Positions 18,679-28,547 of a DNA stretch of 50,254 nucleotides are shown here, piece after piece. The translations under genes were made by a program, and so were the position numbers. The notes beneath the pieces are model-generated. The model saw nothing but the letters and a program-made list of their open reading frames with translations, did no database searches and was not told where the DNA came from. Within the stretch, counting starts at the first letter, position 1. Each line of letters opens with the position of its first letter. The stretch covers positions 1 to 50,254 of the forward strand of contig JAGXIC010000136.1 of the NCBI GenBank assembly GCA_024635875.1, written 5' to 3'. Source of the DNA: Pricia sp. Its GTDB lineage: Bacteria > Bacteroidota > Bacteroidia > Flavobacteriales > Flavobacteriaceae.

Positions 18679-19770
18679 ATGTTTTTAAAACGAATGTCCC
18701 TCCTAAATTATAAAAATTTCGAATCCGAGGATTTCGAACTCGACAGCAAAATCAATTGTCTGGTAGGTCCGAACGGTATCGGTAAGACCAATGTGCTCGA
18801 CGCAATTTACCATTTATCTTTTGGTAGAGGCTATTTTAATCCCATTTCAACGCAAAACATCAAACATGAAGAAGATTTCTTCGTAATCGATGGGGAATTT
18901 CAAAAGAACGACCGGGAAGAACGAATCGTTTGTAGTCTAAAACGTGGCGCAAAGAAAATAATTAAACGCAACGGAAAAATCTATAGCAGACTGTCGGACC
19001 ACATCGGGCTCCTTCCCTTGGTCATTATATCGCCGACAGACCGGGACCTTATTATCGAAGGTAGTGAAACGCGTCGCAAGTTCATGGATGGGGTCATTGC
19101 ACAGTCCGACAAAAAATATTTGCAAGATCTCATCAAATACACTAAGGTGCTCGCCCAGCGGAACTCTTTGTTGAAATACTTCGCCGCAAACCATACGTAC
19201 GATTCGGCGACCTTATCGGTCTACAACGAACAGATGAATGCGTATGGTACGGATATTTTTAACAAACGTGTGGAGTTTCTTGAAGGGTTTATTCCTATTT
19301 TTAGGGAACAATATATTGCGATTTCAGGCGGTAAAGAAGAAGTTTCGCTGATATATGACAGTAAACTACTGAAAGAGGGACTTCTTAATCTCCTGAAAAG
19401 TAATGTGGGGAAAGATAGGGCCTTACAATACACTTCTGTCGGTACCCATAAAGACGATTTGGGATTTGAAATCGAGGGGCACCCCATAAAAAAATTCGGA
19501 AGTCAGGGCCAACAGAAGTCCTTTTTGATTGCCCTGAAGTTTGCGCAGTTCCAGTTTATCAAAGAGCAGTCGAAAACTACCCCGATTTTGCTCTTGGATG
19601 ATATTTTCGATAAGTTGGACGAGAACCGGGTCGCCCATATCGTTTCCCTGGTCAACAACGAGAATTTTGGACAGATTTTTATCAGTGACACCCACGCTGA
19701 ACGGACGGAAAATGTGGTGAAGCAGATACATCAGTCCTACAAAATTTTCAGATTGGGATTGGAGAAGTGA
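18679..19770 (+). CDS. recF: DNA replication/repair protein RecF
   Basis: GPNGIGKTN Walker A, GSQGQQKS signature, [11 protein letters not shown] Walker B. Confidence 0.96.
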   Translation: MFLKRMSLLNYKNFESEDFELDSKINCLVGPNGIGKTNVLDAIYHLSFGRGYFNPISTQNIKHEEDFFVIDGEFQKNDREERIVCSLKRGAKKIIKRNGKIYSRLSDHIGLLPLVIISPTDRDLIIEGSETRRKFMDGVIAQSDKKYLQDLIKYTKVLAQRNSLLKYFAANHTYDSATLSVYNEQMNAYGTDIFNKRVEFLEGFIPIFREQYIAISGGKEEVSLIYDSKLLKEGLLNLLKSNVGKDRALQYTSVGTHKDDLGFEIEGHPIKKFGSQGQQKSFLIALKFAQFQFIKEQSKTTPILLLDDIFDKLDENRVAHIVSLVNNENFGQIFISDTHAERTENVVKQIHQSYKIFRLGLEK

Positions 19771-19877
19771 GGGGTTCAAAAATAGCATAGCACTTTTCGC
19801 CCTGCGCTTTTCGCTTGAGAATTTAGGGCGCTTAGCGGTCGGCGAAAAACGATTAGCCCTTGAAAGAAGAATAAGAC

Positions 19878-20294
19878 ATGAATAAAATTGCTATAATAGG
19901 CTATCTCTTTTTTATCTTCGGATGTTCCAATAGCATATCCAAGGAAGATCTGACCCAGCTCAACGGCTACTGGGAAATCGAGCAAGTAGTTTTCCCGGAT
20001 GGTAACACCAAAGCCTACAAAGTAAGTACAACGGTCGATTATATTCAATTGGAAGGTGTAGAGGGATTCCGGAAAAAAGTAAGCCCTAAGTTTGACGGTA
20101 CCTATGAAACCTCCGACGACGCAGAGTCATTTTCAATCACGGAAAAAGATGGAAGTTTTATCCTAAACTACAAAACCGAGCTCAGCGAATGGTCCGAAAA
20201 ATTGGAAGACCTTGATGCCGATACGTTTTCCGTTGTCAATGAAGAGGGATTGCAGTATGATTACAAACGATTTGAACCTATTTCAATTGAGTAA
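19878..20294 (+). CDS. Lipocalin-like lipoprotein
   Basis: Lipobox IFGC, LNGYWEI motif, beta-rich. Confidence 0.75.
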   Translation: MNKIAIIGYLFFIFGCSNSISKEDLTQLNGYWEIEQVVFPDGNTKAYKVSTTVDYIQLEGVEGFRKKVSPKFDGTYETSDDAESFSITEKDGSFILNYKTELSEWSEKLEDLDADTFSVVNEEGLQYDYKRFEPISIE

Positions 20295-20297
20295 CGA

Positions 20298-20416
20298 TTC
20301 AAGGTTTAATTGCGCCAAAGGCGCGTTTGAGGTTTAAAGTTAAATAAATAAATAGCCTTTAAAGGCTACGAAGTAGCGATAAAACCTTGAACCTGAATCT
20401 AAACCTGAACCTGACC
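20298..20416. repeat. Inverted pair of TTRAAC-framed mini-hairpins plus (CTGAAC)n tail
   Basis: TTCAAGGTTTAATT-GCGCC-AAA-GGCGC-GTTTGAGGTTTAAAG ... GCTAC-GAA-GTAGC-GATAAAACCTTGAACCTGAATCTAAACCTGAACC. Confidence 0.7.
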
Positions 20417-20713
20417 ATGGCAAAACGGAAAAATGACAATCTGAATATGGGCGAGGCCCTGCAGGAGTTTATCAAAGAAAATCACCTTCAGAAGGGGATG
20501 GACAAGGTTGATGTTCGAGTGGCCTGGTCGAATTTGATGGGCAATGGGGTAAGCAATTATACGACAGCTGTCGAACTACGAAGCGATACCCTTTTCATCT
20601 CCCTATCATCTTCGGTACTACGGGAGGAGCTCAGTTTGGGGAAATCGAAGATTATCACCATGCTCAATGAAGAGCTGGGGAGGGATTTGGTTAAGAAATT
20701 GGTATTGCGTTGA
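20417..20713 (+). CDS. DUF721 / DciA-like protein
   Basis: AWSNLMG...T...LFISLSSSVLREEL motif, near recF. The NLNLNL 5' extension is a repeat artefact. Confidence 0.85.
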   Translation: MAKRKNDNLNMGEALQEFIKENHLQKGMDKVDVRVAWSNLMGNGVSNYTTAVELRSDTLFISLSSSVLREELSLGKSKIITMLNEELGRDLVKKLVLR

Positions 20714-20868
20714 CCTGCAAGGCAACTAGAAAGACCTGCAAGATATTCCGGACCGAAGGGAGGGTTCCTTACGGGTCTGGCTGGTTAGGAACAAGCATTG
20801 CGCAAGACCTAGAAGGATTCCTTGTACCTTGCTTATGCCATGCAGGTTGGCAAACTACCTATCAGGCA
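20712..20868. repeat. Degenerate GACCTGCAAGG REP-like cluster
   Basis: GACCTGCAAGG, GACCTGCAAG, GACCTAGAAGG, inverted TGCAGGT and ACCTATCAGG between convergent genes. Confidence 0.5.
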
Positions 20869-20881
20869 AATATCTTGAAAA

Positions 20882-21301
20882 TCAGTATATCTCCCTTCCC
20901 GAAAAATGAAACGCCCCTTCGATGGCGGCATTTTCATCGCTATCCGAACCGTGTATCGCATTTTCGGCGATATCCGCTGCATATAATTTACGGATGGTTC
21001 CCTCGGCGGCATCCTCTGGGTTCGTCGCTCCTATCAAGGCACGAAAATCCTCCACGGCATTTTCTTTTTCAAGAATGGCGGAAACAATGGGGCCGCGGGT
21101 CATAAAATCCACTAGCTCGCCGAAAAACGGACGTTCTTTGTGAACCGCATAGAATTCCTTGGCATCCCTGTTGCTCAATTGCGTGTATTTCATGGCGACA
21201 ATAGTAAAGCCAGCGGAAGTTATCTTTTCCAAAATACCACCGATATGGCCATTTTCTACCGCATCGGGCTTAATCATCGTAAAAGTTCTGCGTGTTGTCA
21301 T
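20882..21301 (-). CDS. ndk: Nucleoside diphosphate kinase
   Basis: [34 protein letters not shown]. Confidence 0.97.
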   Translation of the reverse strand: MTTRRTFTMIKPDAVENGHIGGILEKITSAGFTIVAMKYTQLSNRDAKEFYAVHKERPFFGELVDFMTRGPIVSAILEKENAVEDFRALIGATNPEDAAEGTIRKLYAADIAENAIHGSDSDENAAIEGAFHFSGREIY

Positions 21302-21317
21302 TTTTCAAAATTTTTGG

Positions 21318-21375
21318 CAAAAGTACGCTTTCTTCGGTAATGGGCAATGTAGAAAAGTTTTAAACCCTATCTTTG
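21318..21375. promoter_or_regulatory. Divergent sigma-A promoters (ndk / nrnA)
   Basis: TACTTTTG on minus (21318-21325) and TATCTTTG on plus (21368-21375, 5 nt before ATG 21381). Confidence 0.7.
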
Positions 21376-21380
21376 CCCGC

Positions 21381-22400
21381 ATGAATTTTGAAGACATCCA
21401 AGCGATTAAAAAGCTAATTTCCGAACCCCAAAAAATCGTAGTCGTACCGCATAAGAATCCTGATGGCGACGCTATTGGTTCTACCTTGGCCCTATGGCAT
21501 TATTTAAAATTTAGGGGACAGGAAGCGACCGTTATTGTACCGAACGACTATCCCAAGTTCTTAAAATGGATGGCCGGTAACGATCAGATTCTCAATTTTG
21601 AAAAGGAAAACGCCCAGGCCAAGTCCAAGATTGAAGCTGCCACGCTAATTTTTACGCTGGATTTTAACCATCTTGGAAGAATCGGACAAATGGAAGAGCC
21701 TCTTAGCAAATTGACGGTTCCTTTTGTCATGATCGACCATCATCAAGAGCCCTCTGACTATGCAGAGATCATGTACTCCGATGTAATGATGAGCTCCACT
21801 TGTGAAATGGTCTATAATTTCATCGAATATCTGGGAGATGCCGATGCTATCACTCCTGAAATGGCCAGCTGTATGTATACTGGGATCATGACCGATACGG
21901 GTTCTTTTAAATTTTCGTCCACCACTTCAAAGACCCATCGGGTTGCCGCGCACCTTATTGAAAAAGGAGCGGAAAGTACCAAGATACATCATCGAGTTTT
22001 CGATACCAATACTCCGGGCAGGCTTCATCTTTTGGGCACGGCTTTGAACAATATGGTCATCTTAGAGGATTATAAAACTGCCTATATCACCCTAAGCCAA
22101 GAGGAACTCGACGCCCATAAATACCAAAAAGGCGATACCGAAGGTTTTGTTAATTATGGACTTACGTTAGAAGGTATTATCTTTGCGGCAATTTTTATCG
22201 AAAATAAAGAGGAAGGTATTATCAAAATTTCTTTCCGCTCCGTAGGGGACTTTTCGGTTAACGAGTTTGCGCGGAAGCATTTTCAGGGCGGGGGACATAA
22301 CAATGCGGCAGGAGGAAAATATGAGATATCGTTGAAGGAAACCGCTACTTATTTTGAGTCGCTTTTAGATGAGTACAAGACGGAACTTGCTGGATTTTAG
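21381..22400 (+). CDS. nrnA: DHH family oligoribonuclease/pAp phosphatase
   Basis: HKNPDGDAIGS, IDHH, TDTGSF, GGGHNNAAG. The true start is ATG 21381, since the longer ORF overlaps ndk. Confidence 0.92.
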   Translation: MNFEDIQAIKKLISEPQKIVVVPHKNPDGDAIGSTLALWHYLKFRGQEATVIVPNDYPKFLKWMAGNDQILNFEKENAQAKSKIEAATLIFTLDFNHLGRIGQMEEPLSKLTVPFVMIDHHQEPSDYAEIMYSDVMMSSTCEMVYNFIEYLGDADAITPEMASCMYTGIMTDTGSFKFSSTTSKTHRVAAHLIEKGAESTKIHHRVFDTNTPGRLHLLGTALNNMVILEDYKTAYITLSQEELDAHKYQKGDTEGFVNYGLTLEGIIFAAIFIENKEEGIIKISFRSVGDFSVNEFARKHFQGGGHNNAAGGKYEISLKETATYFESLLDEYKTELAGF

Positions 22401-22416
22401 AATTTTTAAAGAAATT

Positions 22417-22986
22417 ATGTTTCAAAAAAATAAAATAGCTACATACAATCTATGGTTACTCATAGCATCGGTGATGTTCAGCTGTGGTGGCCCCGAACCG
22501 CGTAGGCCGGTGGAGGTGAAATCCGGTAGCTTTTTTAAGGCTTCCGTCGAACGTAGTAAAGCGCTTTTGGCAAAGGAAGAAAAGAGGATTCAGGAAATTA
22601 TTGAAAATGATTCGGCCAACGAATACCTGCACACTGCCGCAGGATCTTGGTACCGTCTCGACGTCGCGAACGAAGAAACTGAATATACGCCCCAACCGGA
22701 CGATTTGGTGGTCATGACCTACAATCTGATCGGTTTAAATAATGATACCATTTACACAAAAGACGATATCGGCGTGCTTACCTATAAAGTGGATAAACAG
22801 GAATTGTTCCCCGGATTGCGAAATAGTGTAAAGTTGTTAAAGGAAGGTGAAACGGCGACATTTTTATTTCCATCCTCCTTGGCGTACGGTTATCATGGTG
22901 ATAACGAAAAAATCGGGGTCAACGTTCCGATTAAAGCCACGCTGTCCATCTTAAAAATTGAAAAACATCGTGATAGTATTCAGTAG
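22417..22986 (+). CDS. gldI: Gliding motility-associated FKBP-type peptidyl-prolyl isomerase lipoprotein
   Basis: Lipobox MFSC, EPRRPV...SVERSK, LFPSSLAYGYHGD. Lies between the DHH gene and a PPIase. Confidence 0.85.
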   Translation: MFQKNKIATYNLWLLIASVMFSCGGPEPRRPVEVKSGSFFKASVERSKALLAKEEKRIQEIIENDSANEYLHTAAGSWYRLDVANEETEYTPQPDDLVVMTYNLIGLNNDTIYTKDDIGVLTYKVDKQELFPGLRNSVKLLKEGETATFLFPSSLAYGYHGDNEKIGVNVPIKATLSILKIEKHRDSIQ

Positions 22987-23043
22987 GAGTAGAAAACAAA
23001 ATCAACATTTATATAAAACAACTAAATGGACCATCATTGGGTT

Positions 23044-23116
23044 TGTCCGGTCGAGCGAAGTCGCGACCTAATTGCAGGTTCGGGACCCAAAGTTCTCGAC
23101 TGAGCTTGAACAGACA
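23044..23116. repeat. REPIN-like inverted doublet
   Basis: Left TGTCCGGTCGAGCGAAGTCGCGA and right TCTCGACTGAGCTTGAACAGACA form imperfect inverted arms of about 23 bp. Confidence 0.6.
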
Positions 23117-23220
23117 TTGGAACACGACTTTTAAACAATTTTAGATCTGCCTCCTTGCAGGGAAGGTTTTTAAATCATAATCTCTTCAAATCAATACACC
23201 CTTAAATTAAAATTCAACAC

Positions 23221-24333
23221 ATGAAAAAAGTATATTTTTTAATAACGCTCGCTATCGCCCTGACCGGCTGCAAAACCCAATACGCCGAATTAGGCGATGG
23301 ATTGTTCGCCGATATCCAGACCACGAACGGAGATATCATCGTAAAATTGGAATACGAAAATACACCGGTCACGGTAGCCAACTTTATTACCTTGGCCGAG
23401 GGCACGAGTCCCTTTGTTTCCGATAGTCTAAAGGGAAAACCCTATTACGATGGGATCATTTTCCATCGGGTCATGAAAGATTTTATGATCCAGACCGGTG
23501 ATCCGTCCGGAACGGGTAGGGGCAACCCCGGTTATAAATTTATGGACGAGTTCAACGATTCGTTAAAACACGATAAAAAGGGCATTCTTTCCATGGCCAA
23601 TTCCGGACCAACGACCAACGGCAGCCAGTTTTATATTACGCTCAAAGAGACCCCATGGTTAGATGGACGGCACACCGTGTTCGGCCATGTTGTCGAAGGT
23701 CTTGATGTGGTCGACTCCATAGGCACTGTAGAAACTTCACAAGATGCGATGACAAAGGACAAGCCTTTAGTCGATATTAAGATGGAAAAAGTGTCCATTG
23801 TCCGCAACGGTAAAGCGGCCAAAAATTTCGATGCCGTTCAGGTGTTTTCCGATTATTTTAAGGAAGAAGAGGCACGGATTGCGGCCTTTGAAAAAATGAA
23901 AACGGATTTCGTAACAACAATTGCCGAGCAAAAAGAAAAGGCCGAGGTGCTACCATCGGGATTGAAAATGATTCGGCTAGAGGAAGGCGACGGGGAAAAA
24001 CCAAAAATCGGCCAAAAGGTAAACGTGTATTATGCTGGCTATTTAGAAGATGGTACGCTCTTTGACAGTAATTATGAACAGGTGGCCAAAAAATATAACA
24101 TGTTCGACGACCGCCGAAAACAGGGCGGTGGCTATCAACCTATACCCATGGCCTACAGTCCCGATGCCCAGCTTATTGCCGGATTCAAGGAAGGACTACA
24201 ACAGATGAATATTGGAGATAAAACACGGCTTTTCATCCCTTCCCATCTAGGTTATGGCTCCCAAGGTAGTGGCCCAATCCCTCCAAATTCTGATTTAATT
24301 TTCGATTTGGAGATTACCGGTATTGCGGAATAG
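23221..24333 (+). CDS. Cyclophilin-FKBP fusion peptidyl-prolyl isomerase lipoprotein
   Basis: Lipobox LTGC, FHRVMKDFMIQTGD, SMANSGPTTNGSQFYIT...WLDGRHTVFG, then FKBP (YAGYLEDGTLFDS...IPSHLGYG...IPPNSDLIFD). Confidence 0.93.
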   Translation: MKKVYFLITLAIALTGCKTQYAELGDGLFADIQTTNGDIIVKLEYENTPVTVANFITLAEGTSPFVSDSLKGKPYYDGIIFHRVMKDFMIQTGDPSGTGRGNPGYKFMDEFNDSLKHDKKGILSMANSGPTTNGSQFYITLKETPWLDGRHTVFGHVVEGLDVVDSIGTVETSQDAMTKDKPLVDIKMEKVSIVRNGKAAKNFDAVQVFSDYFKEEEARIAAFEKMKTDFVTTIAEQKEKAEVLPSGLKMIRLEEGDGEKPKIGQKVNVYYAGYLEDGTLFDSNYEQVAKKYNMFDDRRKQGGGYQPIPMAYSPDAQLIAGFKEGLQQMNIGDKTRLFIPSHLGYGSQGSGPIPPNSDLIFDLEITGIAE

Positions 24334-24379
24334 GGCGTATAAATCAAACTTTGCGATAACGGCTGAAAATTTTTGGTCG

Positions 24380-24847
24380 CTACTTCCACCAACGCTGTGA
24401 CTTCATTTTTACGGTAGCTTTTAGAATATCCTTCTGGGAGATCTGTCCGGCCAACTTACCATTTTCCAAAATGGGAAAGCGGCGTCTCTTGTCGTTCAGA
24501 AACTTGTTGGCGGCATCAAAAATGTTCATGTTCCCATCAATGGTCTCCACGTTCTTGATCATATGCTGCTCGACCAGACGATTTTCCATGGGTAGGTTGT
24601 GGTACCTGCTTTCACTAATATGTTTGATGCAATCTCCTTCCGAAATAATGCCTATTAGTTCATTTTTCTCATTGACTACGGGCCCACCGGAAATTTTATG
24701 GCGAATAAGTGCCTGAATGACCTCCTCAACAGACTGTTCGGGACGGAACGTAATCAATTTGCGGGTCATATAGTCGTTGACCGTCATTAGTGTCTCATCG
24801 AGATTTTGAGATTTCTTTCTTGGCCCTTGAAAACTTTTTATTCCCAT
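24380..24847 (-). CDS. CBS domain protein
   Basis: Two CBS repeats (ISGGPVV...GIISEGD; RRFPIL...GQISQKD). Confidence 0.9.
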   Translation of the reverse strand: MGIKSFQGPRKKSQNLDETLMTVNDYMTRKLITFRPEQSVEEVIQALIRHKISGGPVVNEKNELIGIISEGDCIKHISESRYHNLPMENRLVEQHMIKNVETIDGNMNIFDAANKFLNDKRRRFPILENGKLAGQISQKDILKATVKMKSQRWWK

Positions 24848-25081
24848 GACGTTCTTTTTTGTAGTTAAACTCTTATAAATATACTGAATTATAGGATGTT
24901 GGACAAGCGAAAATAGCCTTATAGGGCCAGGCTGTTCAAATCGTGCTCATTTTTGATACCTCCTTTAGAAGCTATATCAGGTTTCTAAAATTGCCGTTCG
25001 TCTAAAAAAAACAATAGCATCAAAAATGTACCGTTCTTAATCTCCCACTATTGAGTCGTATTAACCCTAAATCTATATTTT

Positions 25082-25438
25082 ATGAATTGGTATCTAAACG
25101 TATTAAAAAATTACGCCGACTTCGGGGGCCGTGCCCGACGAAAGGAATACTGGATGTTCTTTTTGTTCAACATGCTGTTCGGCTACGTATTGCTAATTTT
25201 GACCACTGTTGCCGAATTACCTGTTTTGATGTTTGCCGCGATATTATATTTTTTGGCAGTCTTGATTCCCAGTATCGCCGTAGGGGTCAGAAGAATGCAC
25301 GATGTCGGCATGAGCGGATGGTTTATCTTGGTGCCAATCTACAGTTTTATCTTATTCTGTACGGAAGGTGAAAAAGGGGATAATAAATATGGTGCCAATC
25401 CGAAATTGCAAGAAAGCGCTACGATACAGAAGATATAG
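25082..25438 (+). CDS. DUF805 membrane protein
   Basis: YADFGGRARRKEYW, VRRMHDVGMSGW, NKYG. Confidence 0.9.
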   Translation: MNWYLNVLKNYADFGGRARRKEYWMFFLFNMLFGYVLLILTTVAELPVLMFAAILYFLAVLIPSIAVGVRRMHDVGMSGWFILVPIYSFILFCTEGEKGDNKYGANPKLQESATIQKI

Positions 25439-25460
25439 TCAAGGGTCTCATCGATTAAAT

Positions 25461-25493
25461 AAAAGGCCTGTCGAATTCTAACGGGCCATTTTT
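25461..25493 (+). terminator. Putative intrinsic terminator
   Basis: AAAA-GGCCTGT-loop-ACGGGCC-ATTTTT after DUF805, in a convergent spacer. Confidence 0.45.
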
Positions 25494-25674
25494 AATCATG
25501 CTTCTTGTAAAAAAACAAGTCCGCTGCGCTAAAAGAATCAAGAACCGAGACTAATTCTATTATACGAAAATTCAAAAGGTCTACTTTCATGGCTCTTGTA
25601 GCACAGGGATCTAACGTCCTCTGCCTAGGCTATCTGATTAGTGGCATCCAACTGAAATCTGATATAAAATTACA

Positions 25675-27135
25675 TCACTTCTTCGGCGCATCCTCTAAAA
25701 CTGCCAATAAAAATTTCCAGAACTTTTGTACTGACGAGATGCTGACCCGTTCGTCGGGAGAGTGTGCGCCCAGTATCGTTGGTCCGAAACTTACCATATC
25801 CAAATCGGGATAGTTCTGGCCCAATATGCCGCATTCCAATCCCGCGTGGCAAGCAGCAACCTTGGGTTTTTCATCGAACAATGTTTCATATTTTTTTTCA
25901 AGAACTTTCACTATTTCAGAATCGGGGTTGGGTGTCCATCCCGGATATTCACCTCCAAACTCCACGTCGCAACGGGCCAGTTCGAATGTGGACCTCAAGG
26001 CGTTGGCTAAATCCATTTTTGCAGAATCGACCGAAGACCGGGTCAGGCAATTAACGAGGATTGCCCCGTCGCTGACGGCTACCCGTGCGATGTTGTTCGA
26101 GGTTTCGACCAAATTGGGAATGGTGGCACTCATGGTGTAGACGCCGTTATGTGCCGCATAAATTCCCTTTAGTAAACGTTCTTGTGCGCCAAGGCCCATG
26201 ATCATATGAGGTGCGGAAGTCTGTTCGAGGCTTATCTCCAGCGTAGGCTCCAAGCTTTGCAGCTCTTTTTTAATGGTAGCCGCCAATTCGATCATCGCGG
26301 CCTCGAACGCCTCGACCTGTGATTTTAGAACGACCAATTTAGCGAAGCTTTCCCGGGGAATGGCATTACGGAGTCCGCCACCGTCGATTTCCGCTAAGCG
26401 CATCATAAAATTATGGGTAGCATGGTATAGCAAACGGTTCATAATTTTGTTCGCATTGCCCAGACCGCGGTGGATGTCAATACCGCTATGGCCACCTTGT
26501 AATCCTTTGACTTTTATTTCATATGGAGTAACGGCCCTAGGCACCGGTTTTCCGTTATATCTTCTGGTGGCGGTCACATCAATACCGCCGGCACAGCCGA
26601 TATCGAGTTCATCGTCTTCTTCAGTATCAAGGTTTAAGAGGATTTCGCCCTGAAGAACACCTCCCTTAAGGCCCATTGCGCCGGTCATTCCAGTTTCTTC
26701 GTCAATCGTAAAAAGAGCTTCCAAAGCGGGGTGCTTGATGTCTTTACTCTCCAAAAGAGCCATGATAGCGGCAACGCCCATTCCGTTATCCGAACCGAGG
26801 GTAGTGCCGTCCGCTTTGACCCAATCGCCGTCTACCAGCATTTTAATACCTTGGTTCTCAAAATTAAATTCCGTGTTTGCGTTTTTTTGGTGTACCATAT
26901 CGAGATGAGACTGTAAAGTGATCATCTTACGGTCGTTCATTCCTTTGCTTGCCGGTTTTCGAATGATGACGTTACCCACAGCATCTTTCACGGTTTCCAG
27001 TTGGAGGGATTTTCCGAAGTCCGTCATAAATTGAATGACCTTTTCTTCTTTTTTCGAGGGTCGTGGTACGGCGTTCAGATCGGCAAATTTGTTCCAGACC
27101 TCTGTAGGTTTTAGTTTTCGTATCGCTTCGTTCAT
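25675..27135 (-). CDS. pepD: Aminoacyl-histidine dipeptidase (M20)
   Basis: QSHLDMV, TTLGSDNG, DEETGMTGA, NLDTEE, GGHSG, HAGLECG, AHSPDE. Confidence 0.95.
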   Translation of the reverse strand: MNEAIRKLKPTEVWNKFADLNAVPRPSKKEEKVIQFMTDFGKSLQLETVKDAVGNVIIRKPASKGMNDRKMITLQSHLDMVHQKNANTEFNFENQGIKMLVDGDWVKADGTTLGSDNGMGVAAIMALLESKDIKHPALEALFTIDEETGMTGAMGLKGGVLQGEILLNLDTEEDDELDIGCAGGIDVTATRRYNGKPVPRAVTPYEIKVKGLQGGHSGIDIHRGLGNANKIMNRLLYHATHNFMMRLAEIDGGGLRNAIPRESFAKLVVLKSQVEAFEAAMIELAATIKKELQSLEPTLEISLEQTSAPHMIMGLGAQERLLKGIYAAHNGVYTMSATIPNLVETSNNIARVAVSDGAILVNCLTRSSVDSAKMDLANALRSTFELARCDVEFGGEYPGWTPNPDSEIVKVLEKKYETLFDEKPKVAACHAGLECGILGQNYPDLDMVSFGPTILGAHSPDERVSISSVQKFWKFLLAVLEDAPKK

Positions 27136-27151
27136 AGCATGTAGTTTTTTT

Positions 27152-27200
27152 CAAAAATACACCCTCAAAAATTGATATGGCGTATTATTGATTAATTTTG
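27152..27200. promoter_or_regulatory. Divergent sigma-A promoters (pepD / DUF3810)
   Basis: TATTTTTG on minus (27152-27159) and TAATTTTG on plus (27193-27200). Confidence 0.6.
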
Positions 27201-27232
27201 ACGCTGGAAATGATGAAATTTAACCATTTAGC

Positions 27233-28303
27233 GTGTTCAACGACAGATTAAGGAATGGAATTGCCCTAAGCCTGATACCGCAGTTGCTTATTGTACTTTG
27301 GCTTGGCAACCGACCCGATTTGGTCGAAACTTATTATAGCAATGGTATCTACCCGGTCACCAGCCAATTCTTCAGGATACTTTTTGGGTGGATTCCCTTT
27401 TCGGTCGGCGAGATTATTTATACGTTTTTAATTATATTGGCCGTCCGGTATGTTTTCAAAAATCGGATGAAAATTAAAAAACATCCCTGGCTTTTCGTTC
27501 GAAACGTGGTATTGGTGTTTGCCGTTTTCTACTTTACCTTCAATTTGGTATGGGCCCTCAACTATTACCGGATGCCGATAGCGGAACAATTCGCCATCCG
27601 CGATAGTGTAACCCCTTCCGAAGTCATCGCCCTGACGGAACAACTAATTTTAAAAACGAATCAGCTTCAACTGGAAATTACCGGGGATAGTACAGAAAAG
27701 GCAGAGGTGCCCTACGATCGCAATGCCATTTTCAACAAAACGGTTGTAGCGTATGGCCTTATCAAAGAAGAATTGCCTTTTTTGGCCTATTCCCATCCTA
27801 GCCTCAAAAAAGCGTCCCTTGGAGCCTTGGCCAGCTACATGGGCATTGGAGGCTATTTGAACCCCTTTACCAATGAAGCTCAGGTCAACGGATTGACTCC
27901 CGTCTTCCGTCTTCCGGTAGTTACCGCCCATGAAATCGGACATCAAGTAGGCTATGCCAAAGAGAACGAGACCAACTTTATCGGCTATCTCGTCACCATG
28001 AAAAACGAGGATATCTATTTCAAATATTCCGCCTCTGCCTATGCGCTGAGCCATTGCTTAAGCGCTGTCCGCCGTACGGACAAGCAAAATTTTGAGAAGT
28101 TGTTCAACAAGGTAAATACGGGAGTACAAGAAAATTACAAGGAGTTGTACGAATTTAATCTAAAATACGCCAATCCCTTCGAACCCGTTTTTAAATCCAT
28201 CTTCAGTACCTTCCTAAAAGCCAACCAACAGAAAGACGGCATCAAGAGCTATAGTAAGATCGTGGAACTGATGGTCGGGTATCACGAGAAATTTCCGGTT
28301 TAA
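27233..28303 (+). CDS. DUF3810 family membrane protein, putative zinc metallopeptidase
   Basis: YYSNGIYP, GYLNPFTNEA, AHEIGHQVGYAKENETN (HExxH...E). GTG start. Confidence 0.88.
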   Translation: MFNDRLRNGIALSLIPQLLIVLWLGNRPDLVETYYSNGIYPVTSQFFRILFGWIPFSVGEIIYTFLIILAVRYVFKNRMKIKKHPWLFVRNVVLVFAVFYFTFNLVWALNYYRMPIAEQFAIRDSVTPSEVIALTEQLILKTNQLQLEITGDSTEKAEVPYDRNAIFNKTVVAYGLIKEELPFLAYSHPSLKKASLGALASYMGIGGYLNPFTNEAQVNGLTPVFRLPVVTAHEIGHQVGYAKENETNFIGYLVTMKNEDIYFKYSASAYALSHCLSAVRRTDKQNFEKLFNKVNTGVQENYKELYEFNLKYANPFEPVFKSIFSTFLKANQQKDGIKSYSKIVELMVGYHEKFPV

Positions 28304-28350
28304 AAGTTCAAGTACAAAGGTCAAATTCAAAAAAGCGATAATGAATTATT

Positions 28351-28392
28351 TGAACGATGTACGATGTACGATGAACGAAGTGAGAAGTTAGA
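28351..28392 (+). repeat. Heptamer tandem array (TGWACGA)n
   Basis: TGAACGA TGTACGA TGTACGA TGAACGA AGTGAGA AGTTAGA. Confidence 0.75.
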
Positions 28393-28516
28393 TACAGGAT
28401 GTCATAAGTTTTCAACAAGCTAATAACATACAGATTCCGGTTAAGGGAATGTGCACCGATTGTCCAACCCCCAGCCCATTATGTATCTTCCACTTCGCAC
28501 TTCCCTTTTCTTTTTC

Positions 28517-28524
28517 TATTTTTG
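28517..28524 (+). promoter_or_regulatory. Sigma-A -7 element
   Basis: TATTTTTG 23 nt upstream of the amidohydrolase ATG. Confidence 0.6.
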
Positions 28525-28547
28525 AGCCGTCAAAACCCCCGATATAA

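Noticed and set aside
20387-20416. NLNLNL N-terminal extension of the DUF721 protein
   Set aside because: It is a translation of the (CTGAAC)n repeat, and ATG 20417 is the plausible start.
20710-21105. 131-aa plus-strand ORF
   Set aside because: It runs through a repeat cluster and antisense to ndk, with no protein-like motif.
21159-21380. 74-aa N-terminal extension of NrnA
   Set aside because: It overlaps ndk antisense, and a promoter element lies at 21368-21375.
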